NCBI GenBank assembly: GCA_009103225.1
Contig: RHPI01000401.1
Location: 1-64,000 of the forward strand
Direction: 5' to 3'
Length of the DNA: 64,000 nucleotides
DNA from: Chlorokybus atmophyticus
Lineage: Eukaryota > Plantae > Mesostigma and Chlorokybus algae
The position numbers and the translations under genes are program-made. Below the pieces are notes generated by a model that ran no database searches, had not been told where the DNA came from, and worked only from the letters and a program-made list of their open reading frames with translations. This document shows positions 48,001 to 60,049 of this stretch, piece by piece (the first letter of the stretch is position 1; each line of letters begins with the position of its first letter).

Positions 48001-51000
48001 AAAGTTCTCCCACTCATCAGGGTAGATCTGCACGGCAGTCGTTGACAGCCCCCTAGTCAGCAAGGAGAGAGTGGAAACAACAGAAGAGAGACACACATCA
48101 AGCGACGCTATGGCAGCATGTGCTGCTGACCGTGCGCAGGTAGTACAGAAGAGAAACCCCATCGGAGTTCTCCTCCGTGATCTTCTGTTCTGAGTATATG
48201 ACATCCTCATCATAGTATGGCGTGAGAACAGAGAACGACCGCATGCACCTCACAGAAGGGGCAGCGGGCATTCTCATAAACAAGGATGCGGCGAAGAACT
48301 CAAGGCGGCGCTTGGCCTGCTTGTTGTTCAGCTTTCCGCGGTGGGTGCTGCTAAGAGTGAGGAGGAGCCTCAATCTCCTTGCCTTTGCAGACAGCAGTGA
48401 GATGGGATTGACCACCCCAGGCTGGGACTGAGGTAACCTGTTTGTTGCACCTGCGGGTGATGTCCGTCCACGTCGCTCAAGATATGTTTTGCGAAGGTCC
48501 TCCCGCATGAACCTGTTGATGGCCACGTCACAGACCTCCTCCAAAACGCGAGCAATCTCCACTCGCCCTCCAGGTTGGTCTTCAATCTGCTTGAGCAGGT
48601 CTGCCAACTTGTCAATTACAGGCCGCAGCCCCTGCATGTCAAAGCTTGTAAGCAGGGTCTTGGCTTCAATGGCTTCATGCACGTATGAGAGGATGGTGCT
48701 GAGCTCCACAGCTTCCTGCGTGAGACTTGGAGACTCCGCTAGCATCTTGATAGTACAAAAAGCCTCAAGCGCGGCAGATTTCTGGTGCTCTTGCGCACTG
48801 ACTTGCCTCCACGCAACTTCATCGCGGGACGCATACGGCATTCGCTGGGCATCACTAACGCGCAAGCTGTGGTCATGCCGTGCTGCTTCCTCCGGGTACT
48901 CCGCATCGCTGGCGAGGTCGATAGCGCTGTTGACATATCCGGCGAGCAAGAAGAGTGGCCAATGTACGAGTGAGGTCGCAACATCAGTGTCAGATGGTTG
49001 CTGGCCTGCTGCCGTATGCGTTGCCACGGTGTCTCCATGGCCTACAGGCATCTGCAAGCGCTCGAGCTCATCATCACTCACCAGGTCCTCCTCCCGCATG
49101 CTTTGCACAAGCTCATTCCAGCAGGAGGCAAAGAGATGGGCCTCCTGGACACTACTACTCCGGACCCCATCAAATGGAGCCTCGAGCTCAATTTCAGGGC
49201 CAGCCTCTTCCATGCCACGCTCCATTCGAGAGGTTGTTCGAGACACGGACCTCAAGCTTCTTCTCCGGAAACGGAGGCGCTTGATATTGAAGATGTTGAA
49301 CACCTTGTCAATGTAGCCTTGAAGCAGCTGCAACGGGTTTGTACCAACATGGTGATCAGTGGTCAACCCCAGCAAAAGCTTGCAAAACAGCGCCGGGAGC
49401 AGCCTGAAGCGCGAGGCGAGCACGCTCATCGTGGAAATTTCCCCTAGCCGCTGGTACAGCCCGCTGAAGCCACCAACAACCGAAGAGAATATGGCATACC
49501 ACACTTGCATGTCCATGATGTACACCAGCACAATCGGCGCCCTGCAACAGGAGAAATAGAGGGAGTGAGGGAGAGGGAGATGAACAGAGAGAGACAGGGA
49601 ACGAGGGCGCGCGCACAAGCGAGGGCGAGGGCCGTTGCAGCGCGCGCAGGCATTGGCGAGCATGGCCCGGCCCTGGCCCGNNNNNNNNNNNNNNNNNNNN
49701 NNNNNNNNNNNNNNNNNNNNNNNNNNNNNNNNNNNNNNNNNNNNNNNNNNNNNNNNNNNNNNNNNNNNNNNNNNNNNNNNNNNNNNNNNNNNNNNNNNNN
49801 NNNNNNNNNNNNNNNNNNNNNNNNNNNNNNNNNNNNNNNNNNNNNNNNNNNNNNNNNNNNNNNNNNNNNNNNNNNNNNNNNNNNNNNNNNNNNNNNNNNN
49901 NNNNNNNNNNNNNNNNNNNNNNNNNNNNNNNNNNNNNNNNNNNNNNNNNNNNNNNNNNNNNNNNNNNNNNNNNNNNNNNNNNNNNNNNNNNNNNNNNNNN
50001 NNNNNNNNNNNNNNNNNNNNNNNNNNNNNNNNNNNNNNNNNNNNNNNNNNNNNNNNNNNNNNNNNNNNNNNNNNNNNNNNNNNNNNNNNNNNNNNNNNNN
50101 NNNNNNNNNNNNNNNNNNNNNNNNNNNNNNNNNNNNNNNNNNNNNNNNNNNNNNNNNNNNNNNNNNNNNNNNNNNNNNNNNNNNNNNNNNNNNNNNNNGA
50201 GAGAGAGAGGAGGGGAGCGCCAGAGCGAGCGCGAGAGCGCACGCGCGAGGCTTTGCAAGTTGGCCAGCCTGGCATGTTTTTCGGACTGCACATTGTGCCA
50301 AAGCAGTACAAGCACTAGTGTGCCCAGGACATACCACAAGAAGAAAATGGCTCCGATGTTGTAGCAACCACGGACAGGTTTGAACCAGAAGTAATGGATC
50401 TCACAGTTTTTCCATAGGCTGAGCGTTGGATGCACAAGCGGCCTGACCTGGTTTGCATAGCGCCGTGAGGTTAACACAGGTCACAAAGTGAGCAATACAA
50501 TGACTAGAGGACAGGCGCTGCAAATGAACGTTGATGCGTCAGCGCAGCTGACTAGTTCTATCAAGTAGTATGGCACACAAGGATGTAGGGTGGGCTGGCT
50601 ACTATCTAGTAGTACAACGCTGAATGCCCTGCACATCAGCAAGAACGTACCTGCAAGTAGTAACTGAAAGTCAACTTGCACGCCAGTAACACCAACCAGA
50701 AGAGGGTGTACCAAGACGTTTGCCAGAGGGATTCCATCATGTTGCGCCCAACATAGACATGGGTGTCCGACCACCAAAAGAAGGGTAAAAAGATGTAGTA
50801 CAGGGGGTTATGCGGCCTACTGACGAGTTTGTTGATCAATGGGAGTACCCGGAGCAGGAACCTTGCAGTCGTGGGCCCAGCGTAACCCAATATGCACCAA
50901 AGAAAGATAACATCAAACTGAGTCCGCGTATGGGTCATCACCTGCAATCAAAGAAGGCGCTGAGCACTGTATAGCCAGAGACGCACAAGACACAACTGAT

Positions 51001-52409
51001 GTTGCTATGCAGTGCTTGATGTCCTCCCCACCAAGATGTATAACATGAGGAGAGCTGAAGCGCAAGCGAGATGCAGGACAGCGTGCGCAAATAGCCTGCA
51101 AAGCTCCAGCGCTCGCATGCGCTTCCATATCCCCCATGTAAATCGCAAGTTGAGCACCGCTTGTAGGAAGTTCGCAAATGCATATGTGACCACCAAGCTG
51201 CCCAGCATCCGCCACATGTGGTCCGTAAACAGGTGCTTCTCGTTAAAGGCAATGACAAACAGCGCTTGCAGCGACAAGATGTAACTGCATTGAACAGCGA
51301 CAGTAAATAAGTAGTCAACTTGTGAAAGCGGGACGCAAATGAGCAATATGTCTCGCAACTCACAAGCAGAAAAGGCGATGCCAACAGTGAAAAAGCGCCA
51401 GCCAGCTCCGTTTCTCCAAGAAAGTTTTGCGGGGCTTGCTCGAACTTAGCTGGAGAGTGCCATCAGCATCGCGCTTTGGCGGCCAGCAAACAATCTTGTC
51501 GTTTATGTCTACGCACTTCTTGGACCAGAAGTACTCATTGACGTCGTCATAGTTACACCAAGCTGTATGTGGCTTGAAGCCCAGGCTGCTGCGCCTGCTC
51601 GTCTCATTTGCACTGTCGGCCTCCTTGGCGCAGATGTTGTAGATAGGAGTCACCATGGTCTTCAGATACTCGTCGTCCCTGACCTCATTATCGCTCATGT
51701 TGGTGGACATCTCATGAAAGATGTAGCTGAGGCACTCGGGCAGAAAACGCAGATTGGCAGCTTCTCCCCAGATGAGGTAAAAGAGGCATGTGGATTGGAG
51801 GAGCTGCTTTTTCTGCTGCTCGGTCAAGAGATCCGTCTCGGGCACGCTCACCACGGGATCAAGCTTCAAGTAAGTGCACCAAGTGGTGTAGTTATTGAAG
51901 GTTTTGTTGGCCAGCTCTTTCAGAGCTCTGTTGAAGGCAGTGTCCTGGCGCTGGCCGCCTCTGGTTTCGGCGCGCTTGAGTTTGTTGGCAAGGAGCAAGA
52001 CCACATTTTCACGTTGATTCTTTACATTGTCTGCCTGGAAGCCACACACGCACTTCAACCAGTCGAATACGTCCTCCTTGTTTCCAGTCAGGCGCTGCTT
52101 AACATTAGCGACTCGAGATCGAGACGTCCTTGAGTCGTTGCGCTGGCGGATGATGATGAGGCCTTCTGCCTGCGTCCTCAACTCTTCGCGCACCGCCCGT
52201 ACCTCTGGCAGCGTGGCAGCCAGATTTCTGCCTTCCAAAGGCATCACGTTGTATACGTGTCCCTGGGACATTGTGTGTGAGGCGGTGTACATATGCATGT
52301 GCGCGTCTGCACGTGCCTGTGAGCACTATGCGTGCCTATGTGGGTGGAGCAATGTTCTCACACGTACCTGCGCAGTGCCAGGCGCAGTGGACGGCCCAGC
52401 CTCAGCCAT
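45030..52409 (-). CDS. GSL: Callose synthase / 1,3-beta-glucan synthase (GT48)
   Basis: YNVMPL, NVKNQRENVVLLLAN, IWGEAANLRFLPEC, NYDDVNEYFW, RRLEFFAASLFM, FSVLTPYY, IYPDEWENF, WASYRGQTLART, KFTYVVSCQIYG, GEGKPENQNH, IDMNQD, HYGHPD, NLSEDIFAG, GKGRDVG, NQAFSRG; about ten or more GT-AG introns. Start ATG inferred (MAEAGPSTAPGTAQ). Confidence 0.97.
49681..50198. other. Assembly gap inside a callose synthase intron
   Basis: Run of N flanked by GC-rich and GA-rich simple repeats. Confidence 1.
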
Positions 52410-53039
52410 TGCAGTCTCTACCAGTCTCCTCAACCAGCGCTCGCTTTTTCCACTGGTCCGCCCATGCCATGCACATGCACCCCCAGAGAAGGCTCAGTGA
52501 CCTGCGCACGGCGACGGCTTGACGCAGAGGCAGCAGCAGCGCAATGGGGCGACAAAGCTGACAACAGGCGCGCTGGAATTTGAGCTGCGCATGCACTGCC
52601 CTGCCCGCCGACGAACGGCCGCCCACCCCCTGCTCAGCGCGCCGATGTCCGGAAAGCGCTTCACGTTGGAACTTCCGCGACGCTCCACCTTGTGGAGCGT
52701 CGCGGAGAATGTCCGGCCGACATGCTGGGCAGCGACGCTCGGATTGCATACGCTGTGGGCTTGCAAGCCTGTCATGTCAAATAGAACATCCAAAATGGCT
52801 GTGTTGGTACGCCATGATGGGTGTTTAACACCCATAACATGGCCAGCTTGAAGCTGGAAGGTTAGAAAAAGGCGCGGCTAGGCTTACCACAGAGTTGCTG
52901 TGTTTTTCTAGATTTGTAAGTTGAAGCCCCGACACGACCGGCGACGACATGCTGGTCGGGGCGAAAGTTTGAGAGGGGAGCTAACAGCGCTATGTAGGTT
53001 ACCTACCTCGCAGGGTACACTGTATAGGGGTTACAAGCA

Positions 53040-53450
53040 CAGGGGTGATGCTCACCGCAAACTCGCGTTTTTAACTGTCGGTGGCTGCCGTTTGGCCGAT
53101 GGAGCGGCTGTGCGGCGGTCGTTGTTTTGCGACTTGTAGTCTCGCGCCGTAACGTGCTCACTGGCCTCGATAAACTATCGCAGGTCGCGTGGCGCCAGCT
53201 AAGACCGTCCGATCTATAAGGGCATGGGAAATTACCTTGATTACGCAACGACGTATAGTCCCGCGCATTATTATCGATTAAGCTGCGCGTCATTAAATGA
53301 ATTGAAAGCTCGCGATACGCGTCCGATCACGACGAAACAATTCACGCCGTGCGATCTGTAGGCTGGACATTTGCGATGAGCACAATCAGGGGTGATGCTC
53401 AACGCAAGCCACAGTTTTCAACTGTTGGTGGTTGCTCGGTTTGTGACGGG
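53040..53450. repeat. Two degenerate direct copies of a motif of about 55 bp
   Basis: CAGGGGTGATGCTCA(C/A)CGCAA...TT(T/C)AACTGT(C/T)GGTGG at about 53040 and 53388. Confidence 0.6.
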
Positions 53451-54039
53451 TAACTGTAAGCCGCTCGGCCGAATGACCGGCTGCGCACCGGTCAGCGTCG
53501 GTTGTTTGCACCGTTATCATTCACAGAATTACGCTGTCCAGTCTGGGAGCCGGGGGGGGTCCGATTATCTTAAGTTTGCTGACTGCGATCTATGTCGTTT
53601 GCCGTTGGGTAACGTGAGCAGGTGTGGATTCCGCCGTTCTGAGTTGTGTTGTGTCGACGTATTTGGGGGTCTTGGCAGCTTGTGATGTGTGATACCTGTT
53701 TGTGTGTGTCGACGACGTCCGGATTCAAACGGTATCAACAACAGCGCGCGCATTCCGCCAAACTTCAACGGGATGACGTAGTGAGGAGTGTGCTGGTTCT
53801 GGCTGTTCTGCGCTGTGCGAGGAATGCGGCGAGGTCTTTTTGGTGGAGGGCGGTGGCGATTGTGGTGCGACGGATGTCCAGGGTGATGGTGTTGAGGGTG
53901 AACGAGGAGAGGGGTGGTGGTCTGTTTGGCTCTCCTGCGGACCTTGGTGTGGGTGGAGACCATGTTGATGGCGGTGAGGATGCCTCTCGGGCCATTGCTG
54001 GTCGCGCAAGCAGGCGTGAGGGTGTGGTAGAACGTACAG

Positions 54040-55950
54040 CCAGTTCAACGGCTGATGGAGCGGCTAAGAAAAAGCGTAGGTTGCAGCGGCGGGAGTCTGC
54101 ACGGAAGTATCGGGCAAAGAGAAAAGATGTGATTGATGTCATGCGGAGAGATCTGAACTTGTTTGACGGCATGCTTGACAGTGAGGTATTGATTCAAGTG
54201 GCTTGCTCCGGGCTTTGCTGGAACTTGCTGTCTGATTGTCGCACTCTGGAGATGCTGAATGTGAGCGTGCTATGCCCATGCATTGCACTCTTGCACCAGT
54301 GCTTTTGGGCCAATGTGCTGTTATTGCACACACAGCGTGTGCATCCGCAGTGGCGTTTACCTGGCTCAGCAGGTTCTCCAGAAGGAAATGTGGGCCGGTC
54401 TTTAGTGCCTTACATCAGCTCGCCTCTGAGCAATATGTGGTGAGTAAAAATTGTCTGCTGTCGTCGAAGTTGAGTGCAATGTCTTTGTCTATGTGTTTTG
54501 GGCGCAGCTGACAGCAGCTGTGCTTGTAACAGAGTGGTGGCTGTGAGAACCAGGAGAACGTGAATCCACACACCACACAGGGCAACTGCAACACGCGGAG
54601 TGCACTTGCACCAGCCGTGCCCCTGCAGCGGACAATCCCGGGCCCATTCACAGAGCACAGTGTGCACTAACAGAGCGTGGACAACATGGCATCTACGGGC
54701 TCGCAGCATACGAGGCCTCAGATAACTGGTTGCAGCCAACAGTATGCTGGAGGTCCGAGGGCGCCTTATATTAGGCCTGTTTATTATGGGTGGTGTACAC
54801 CTTATCTTGTTACTGAAACCGGTACTGTGTTGAATTAGCAGCAATCAAGCATGTGCAGTGGACTAGTGCCTTTATACAACATGAACGCTTGTGCGGACAA
54901 TTTATCCTGTGTGCAGGTCAGCGTTTTAAGTGCATGATATGTTGGCCAAGGCTGTGAGCTTGATTGCAATGTGTGCGCTTGTATAATGATGGCTCTTTAT
55001 GAAAACACGAAAGTATGTGAGACAGTGAGCCCCATGCAAGATGTGTTAACAGCATGGGAGTCAGAGAGGGTTGGCATGCTGAGTGAGCTGGCGACTACTG
55101 CAGCTGCATTAGCAACGGCCAGGGGAGACAACAATCAGTTAGCGATGAGGCTTGAAGAGTGCGAGTCTGCAAGGGGTATTCTGCAGATGCAGTTGGAGGA
55201 TGCAACAACGGAGTATACTAGTGCACACTCTGACACATTAAGTGCGAGTCCACAGAGCTCTGGTGAGCAACCAAGCATGCGTGTAGTCCCTCATCTACAT
55301 GGGCCCAGCTGTTGTGAAGTTAGTCAGCGGCTAGAGAAGGTGGGTGAGCAATCATAGTCCCTGGTACGGGAGCTGCAACAATGCAAGGCTAGCGAGCGGT
55401 GTTTGCAAGAGAAACTTGAGGGCTTGTATACCAAGGCTGCCAACGATGGCGAGATGCACCAGGGTGAAGTGTCGCGCTCGAGGGAGACTTTGCTCCAAGA
55501 GGGGCTGCACTTGCTGCTGCCAGCAATTGGAGGTGAGTAAGCATTGTCATGTGCAACATGTTGCAATGCATTGCATGCATAGCAACATGTTACCTTAAGA
55601 ACAATTGTTCGGTTGTATGAGTTGAATGCACAGTGTGCGGACTTGGCATGGAGTTTGGCAACGGCGCAAAGCCTGGCAAATTCTAACACGACAAGTGAGT
55701 GCCGAGAGGCATAGGTTTTTAACCTGGAGCAGCATGTGTGTCGCCTAAAGGATATGCTGCAGGTGCACACTATGCATGAACTTGCGTAATTCACATGCCT
55801 AACAGCAGCGTGCTGTGTACCTTGCATGTTGTCGCTTAATGGCTGCAACATTGGCAAGGGACTCAGCATGACTTGGCTGATGCAGGAGCTATTACTCAGG
55901 ACCTGCAAGGCAGAGCGTTGGGATTAGAGCAGGTGGCAACAGACAGCAAG
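54040..55950 (+). pseudogene. Basic-region plus long coiled-coil gene; fragmentary, unidentified
   Basis: KKKRRLQRRESARKYRAKRK followed by several heptad-rich exon-like segments; stops present. Confidence 0.35.
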
Positions 55951-56319
55951 GGTCACGTGCAGCCGCTGCAGCAGCGGGAACAATCCGTTGCCAGTCTGCA
56001 CGATGCACTCGAGGCGCTTCAGTCTGATTAAGCAGAAGCTGATGGCATGCAAGCTTGGCATTGACAACAAGTTAGAGAAGAGGAGCACCTGACATTGCTG
56101 CGGAGTGTGGCCATTGAATGCACACATGGCGAGTTGCCACATGAACCTCTGCTGTACGTAACGTGGCAGCTGCAGTCCCCCGGAGCAAACATGTGAAGAC
56201 GATAGAGGTCAGCAAGCTATACCATCTCAGCAACAGCCAGCACAATAACCTGGTGCGTACTTGCAAGAAAGTTCTGCAATTAGCACTGTTTGTAATCACG
56301 GGCACAAAAAGTTTTACCG

Positions 56320-56517
56320 TTGCAGCATCCTGGGGTGCTCCTGACTTGGTCAGCTGCTTTCAGATAAGTGTCTTGGTTTTGTGAAGTCGGTTGATGGCAC
56401 GCCCGTGCTTGATGGCTTGCTTTTTGATTTCCATGATCTTTAGATGGTCTGAAGACCATGGAAATCAACTTATCTTAAAGCAGCTCACCAAGCCAGGAGC
56501 ACCCCAGTATGCTGCAA
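56320..56517. repeat. Inverted duplication with 50-bp arms (4 mismatches) plus an inner hairpin
   Basis: 56320-56369 is the near reverse complement of 56468-56517; inner TTGATTTCCATG...CATGGAAATCAA. Confidence 0.85.
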
Positions 56518-59500
56518 TGGCGACATACCATGAAATTCCGCTCGCCATATTCACAGAGGACGGGAGTATGCGCAAAAGAGACAAGTTAAAGTTTCTAGCG
56601 GACCTGGCATCTACTTGCCCTCGTGCACAACTACACAAACACCCTGCTGGTGTTGAATGCATCATAGCATAGGGCATGTTTGTCATCAACAAAGGTCCTG
56701 TAAGCAGTGGTGTGGAGACCATGCATGACTACTTGGCTCAAACAATGCGTACCTCTCTGCTGCCACGCCTCTTTAACCCAAGCGTGCGATCATTACACTT
56801 GGTGTTTAATGACCCTGCACATGCCACTGGAGTTAAAAGTAATCTACAAGCATCGCGCGACAATGGGACTGCGCGGACAAGCAGGACCTTGACGCCGCAA
56901 AGTGAGGTGCCACGGTCTTGGCGTGACTTGCTGGCTGACAGAGGCTTGAAAGCAGCCTCTGCAACTTGATGACGGCTCACCTCTGCGAGATCGAGTCGCA
57001 CCCTACTTGTGGACAGAGCTTCATCATAGCAGGCGGATCATACCACGTAGAGCTTAAAAACATGGCGAGGGTTGTCACCTGCACAGCAGGAGGCATTCGT
57101 TACGAAGTCAGTTCGCAATGCCAATGCAATCACGTTGAAGCGAACAGCCGTGTGTGGCAGCATGCACACCGTTGTGGGTTTGACACTGTACTCATCTACT
57201 CTCCGGACACAAATCTGTCCATAATCGGCATGGCTGCCCTGGAGCAGTGGCAAGACCCATGAAGGCAAGTTTTTGTGCAACTTGCATTGAGTTCGAACAG
57301 CTTTGCAAGGCCACCATTCCTGCACTCGTCCAGACTGAATCTGCAATTTGTCACACATGCCACAGACACATTAAAGAGCACCAGCGTGCCAAGTTCCTGC
57401 TGTTGTTTTTCGCTGACATAGGGTCGGACTACACCTGTTACTTACTTTGCTGGCATTAGTGAACACTTCTACTGGTCTGAGGTCCTATGCCGAGAAACAA
57501 AGTTTATCTCAGGAGGTACAAACCTTGATGAAGCCGGAGGGACTGCATTGCTGCTGCGCCTCATTGGTTGCGCCTATTATGCCAAACACAAGGTGGTCTT
57601 CCCTGCGTCGCAAAATTTACATGGTGACTGACAAGGGACTGAGGGACTGACGGGTGCCTGACCCTGCCTGACCCTACCTGACGTAATGAATTTGTCCATA
57701 AAGGGACTTTTTGGGACGGACGTTACTATCAAGCAACGTATACCGACGGCAAGCGGTCGACCAATAAGTACAATTGACGGCGGCCTGCCTGTGACGGCAA
57801 CACCGCACAATAAGGTGACGGCCGATTGTCAATCGTCCCATTTGCGCGATGGCGTTCTATTTGTATAGCTGATAAGTCACGTTTTGGTCACATATAGTGA
57901 CGGCCAACCGTCGGTCATACCCTGACTGTCGAAAAGTATGCGCGACGGCCTGCCTACTTTGGCAAGCCAGTCACCGTTTGTCCCTATCATGTGACCTTAC
58001 CGCGCACTTGACGCGGCGGCGACCTACTTATTGTGTGTCAAGTATGATAAGCAAGTGACCGCCGGTCCCTAAAGGTCGGCAAGTCGGGACGGTGGTACCG
58101 GCCGGCAAGTAAAGACGCTAGTACGATGCAGCCGCCACACTATGTCAATTGTACGAATAGTGCCATTGTCGAAACAATGGCACTATCGTACCATTGGTAT
58201 GGTACGATAGTGCCATGGCGACAATAGTACTTTCGTACCATTATAATAATACGATAATGCCGTTGCGAGTCATGATTCGATAACGCGTTTGAATTACTTG
58301 GGCTGCCCAAGTTATTCAAACGCTTTACGGCTTCAAGTTGAACAGAGCGTTGCGGGCGGCGGCGGCAACCGCTATCAGTAGGTGAGTTTGGTTGCTGTCA
58401 GATGTTGTACTACGCGCAACACCGCATGCCATCTAACCACCCTCCTTGCCTTAGGGCGGCCATGCCAGGCCAGGCTAGGTCAGATCAAGATTGGCGGCGG
58501 CAGCGGCGGTGGGAAAGGAACGGCGGCGGCGGAGCTGGAGCGGGCGGTGCAGGAGCCGCAGCTCAGTACAAGGGCAGTATTAGCAGCAGTACCTGAGGTA
58601 GTAGTAGCAGTAGTGGTAGTGGTAGTAGTAGTGGTAGTTCATGTTAAGAGTATTCCTACATACGATCAGCATCGACCCTCCACACAGGAGTAGAAGGTCG
58701 TAAGGACGAGCACTAGGTCCGGACTTAGCAAGATGGCATCGTCGGACCAGACTCCGGACTCCAGACTGGAGCCTTACTAACTGCTTCGTATCTCCGCGTA
58801 TACTTACTCATATTAGACGTGTGAGAGCTTGTTGAAAAGCTCTGATTGCAAGGAAGACAACACAGCTTAGAGCGCGTCAAAAGGCTGAGTATAGCTTACG
58901 CAGTGCTTGAAAACGTAGACGTGTGTGTAACTGGCTAGTATAAGAACCAGCGGACAACTTGTAATAGATGAATGTGATGTGACTTGTGTATGCTCTGGTG
59001 GCGGTAGCTCTGTCTCTGTGTGTCTATGCTTGCCTCAACTACATGTGCATGCTAGTCCTTCAACAGTTCAGTTGTACTAGCAGCAATAGTAGCTCAGTAT
59101 ATTACATTGTAATTTATTTACTTTTGTTTTTAATTATTTGTCACGCATTCTTGCACAGCTGATGACGACAATCACGTGTGACACTCAATCAAAACTGAGC
59201 GATACAAGCAGGTACCTTTAAGAGTACACATCATTAACGATAGGTACCTTAAGGTACCTGATAGTTTCGCTCAGTTATCGTACAGTTGCCGGTACCTAAC
59301 TGATAGGTACCGATTAATTACCTGTTGGTTAGGTCAAGTCCCCTTTGCTTAATTTGTTGAGTACCTGACAGGTACCTATTAATTAGGGTCTGTCCCTTAA
59401 TGCAGACGGCCGCCAACTGATGGTGACGGCCGTTATGCTCAGGTCCCTGTATTGAGATCGCCGGTAGATAAAAGGTCGACAGTCTAATAAAGTATCCTCA

Positions 59501-60049
59501 GGTGCAGGGCCGTTGCCAATATTCAGTCGGCCGGCAGGGGAAACATTTTGCGACGTGCATACAGCAGCGCTGCTAGCATCCTCCACGACTGCAACAGTGT
59601 ATCAGCACACAAGGATGACGTGCCATCTTCACACAAGTAGTTGCGCAGAATTTAAACTGTCATTCGGTGAAACTGCGGACTACAAGGAAGACATGCCTTG
59701 AGCAACATCACTGGAGCTACATGCCAGACGCAGCATCCGGGTGTTAAGCATGCGGCTACAGATGTGTGTGAATAAAATGAGGATGCCATTACTTGCTGAG
59801 TATGGGTATCTCCTCGCTAATGGAGTGTACCGGGCTCAGCAGGACACAGAGGAGAGCATGCAAGCCACCAAGATGCGGGCGCAGCTAATTATGCATGGAT
59901 GCAATTGCAAGAAAAACAGGTGCACAAGACACTGCAAGTGCAAGAAGAATGGGACTGCCTGTGGAGCTGGCTGCGGGTGCTTTAACTGTCAGAACATTAA
60001 AAAGACAGCACCCCAAACCAACCATGCGGCCCTTACCGCAAGCGGATGA
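56450..60049 (+). mobile_element. Academ-like DNA transposon remnant: XPG/PIN-like nuclease + Cys8 (CXC) finger, split by an insertion
   Basis: IPLAIFTEDGSMRK, LVFND, SWRDLL, HVEANSRVWQHA, YSPDTN, GSDY..YFAGI; after the insertion, MP*ATSLELHARR...EYGY...CNCKKNRCTRHCKCKKNGTACGAGCGCFNCQN. Stops and frameshifts; DDE domain not seen. Confidence 0.65.
57630..59460. mobile_element. Composite non-coding insertion of about 1.8 kb interrupting the Academ-like ORF
   Basis: Coding similarity stops near 57625 and resumes after about 59460-59690. Both ends are rich in GACGGCC motifs; internal hairpin cluster and AGGTACCT array. Confidence 0.5.

Noticed and set aside
49356-50477. Long ORFs spanning 49.4-50.5 kb
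   Set aside because: Their length comes from the N gap.
46112-52133. Plus-strand ORFs of 188-275 aa (46112, 48489, 51567)
   Set aside because: Antisense shadows of callose synthase exons.
54060-54180. Canonical bZIP transcription factor
   Set aside because: The invariant Asn is replaced by Arg and no correctly spaced leucine zipper follows in the same exon; kept only as bZIP-like.
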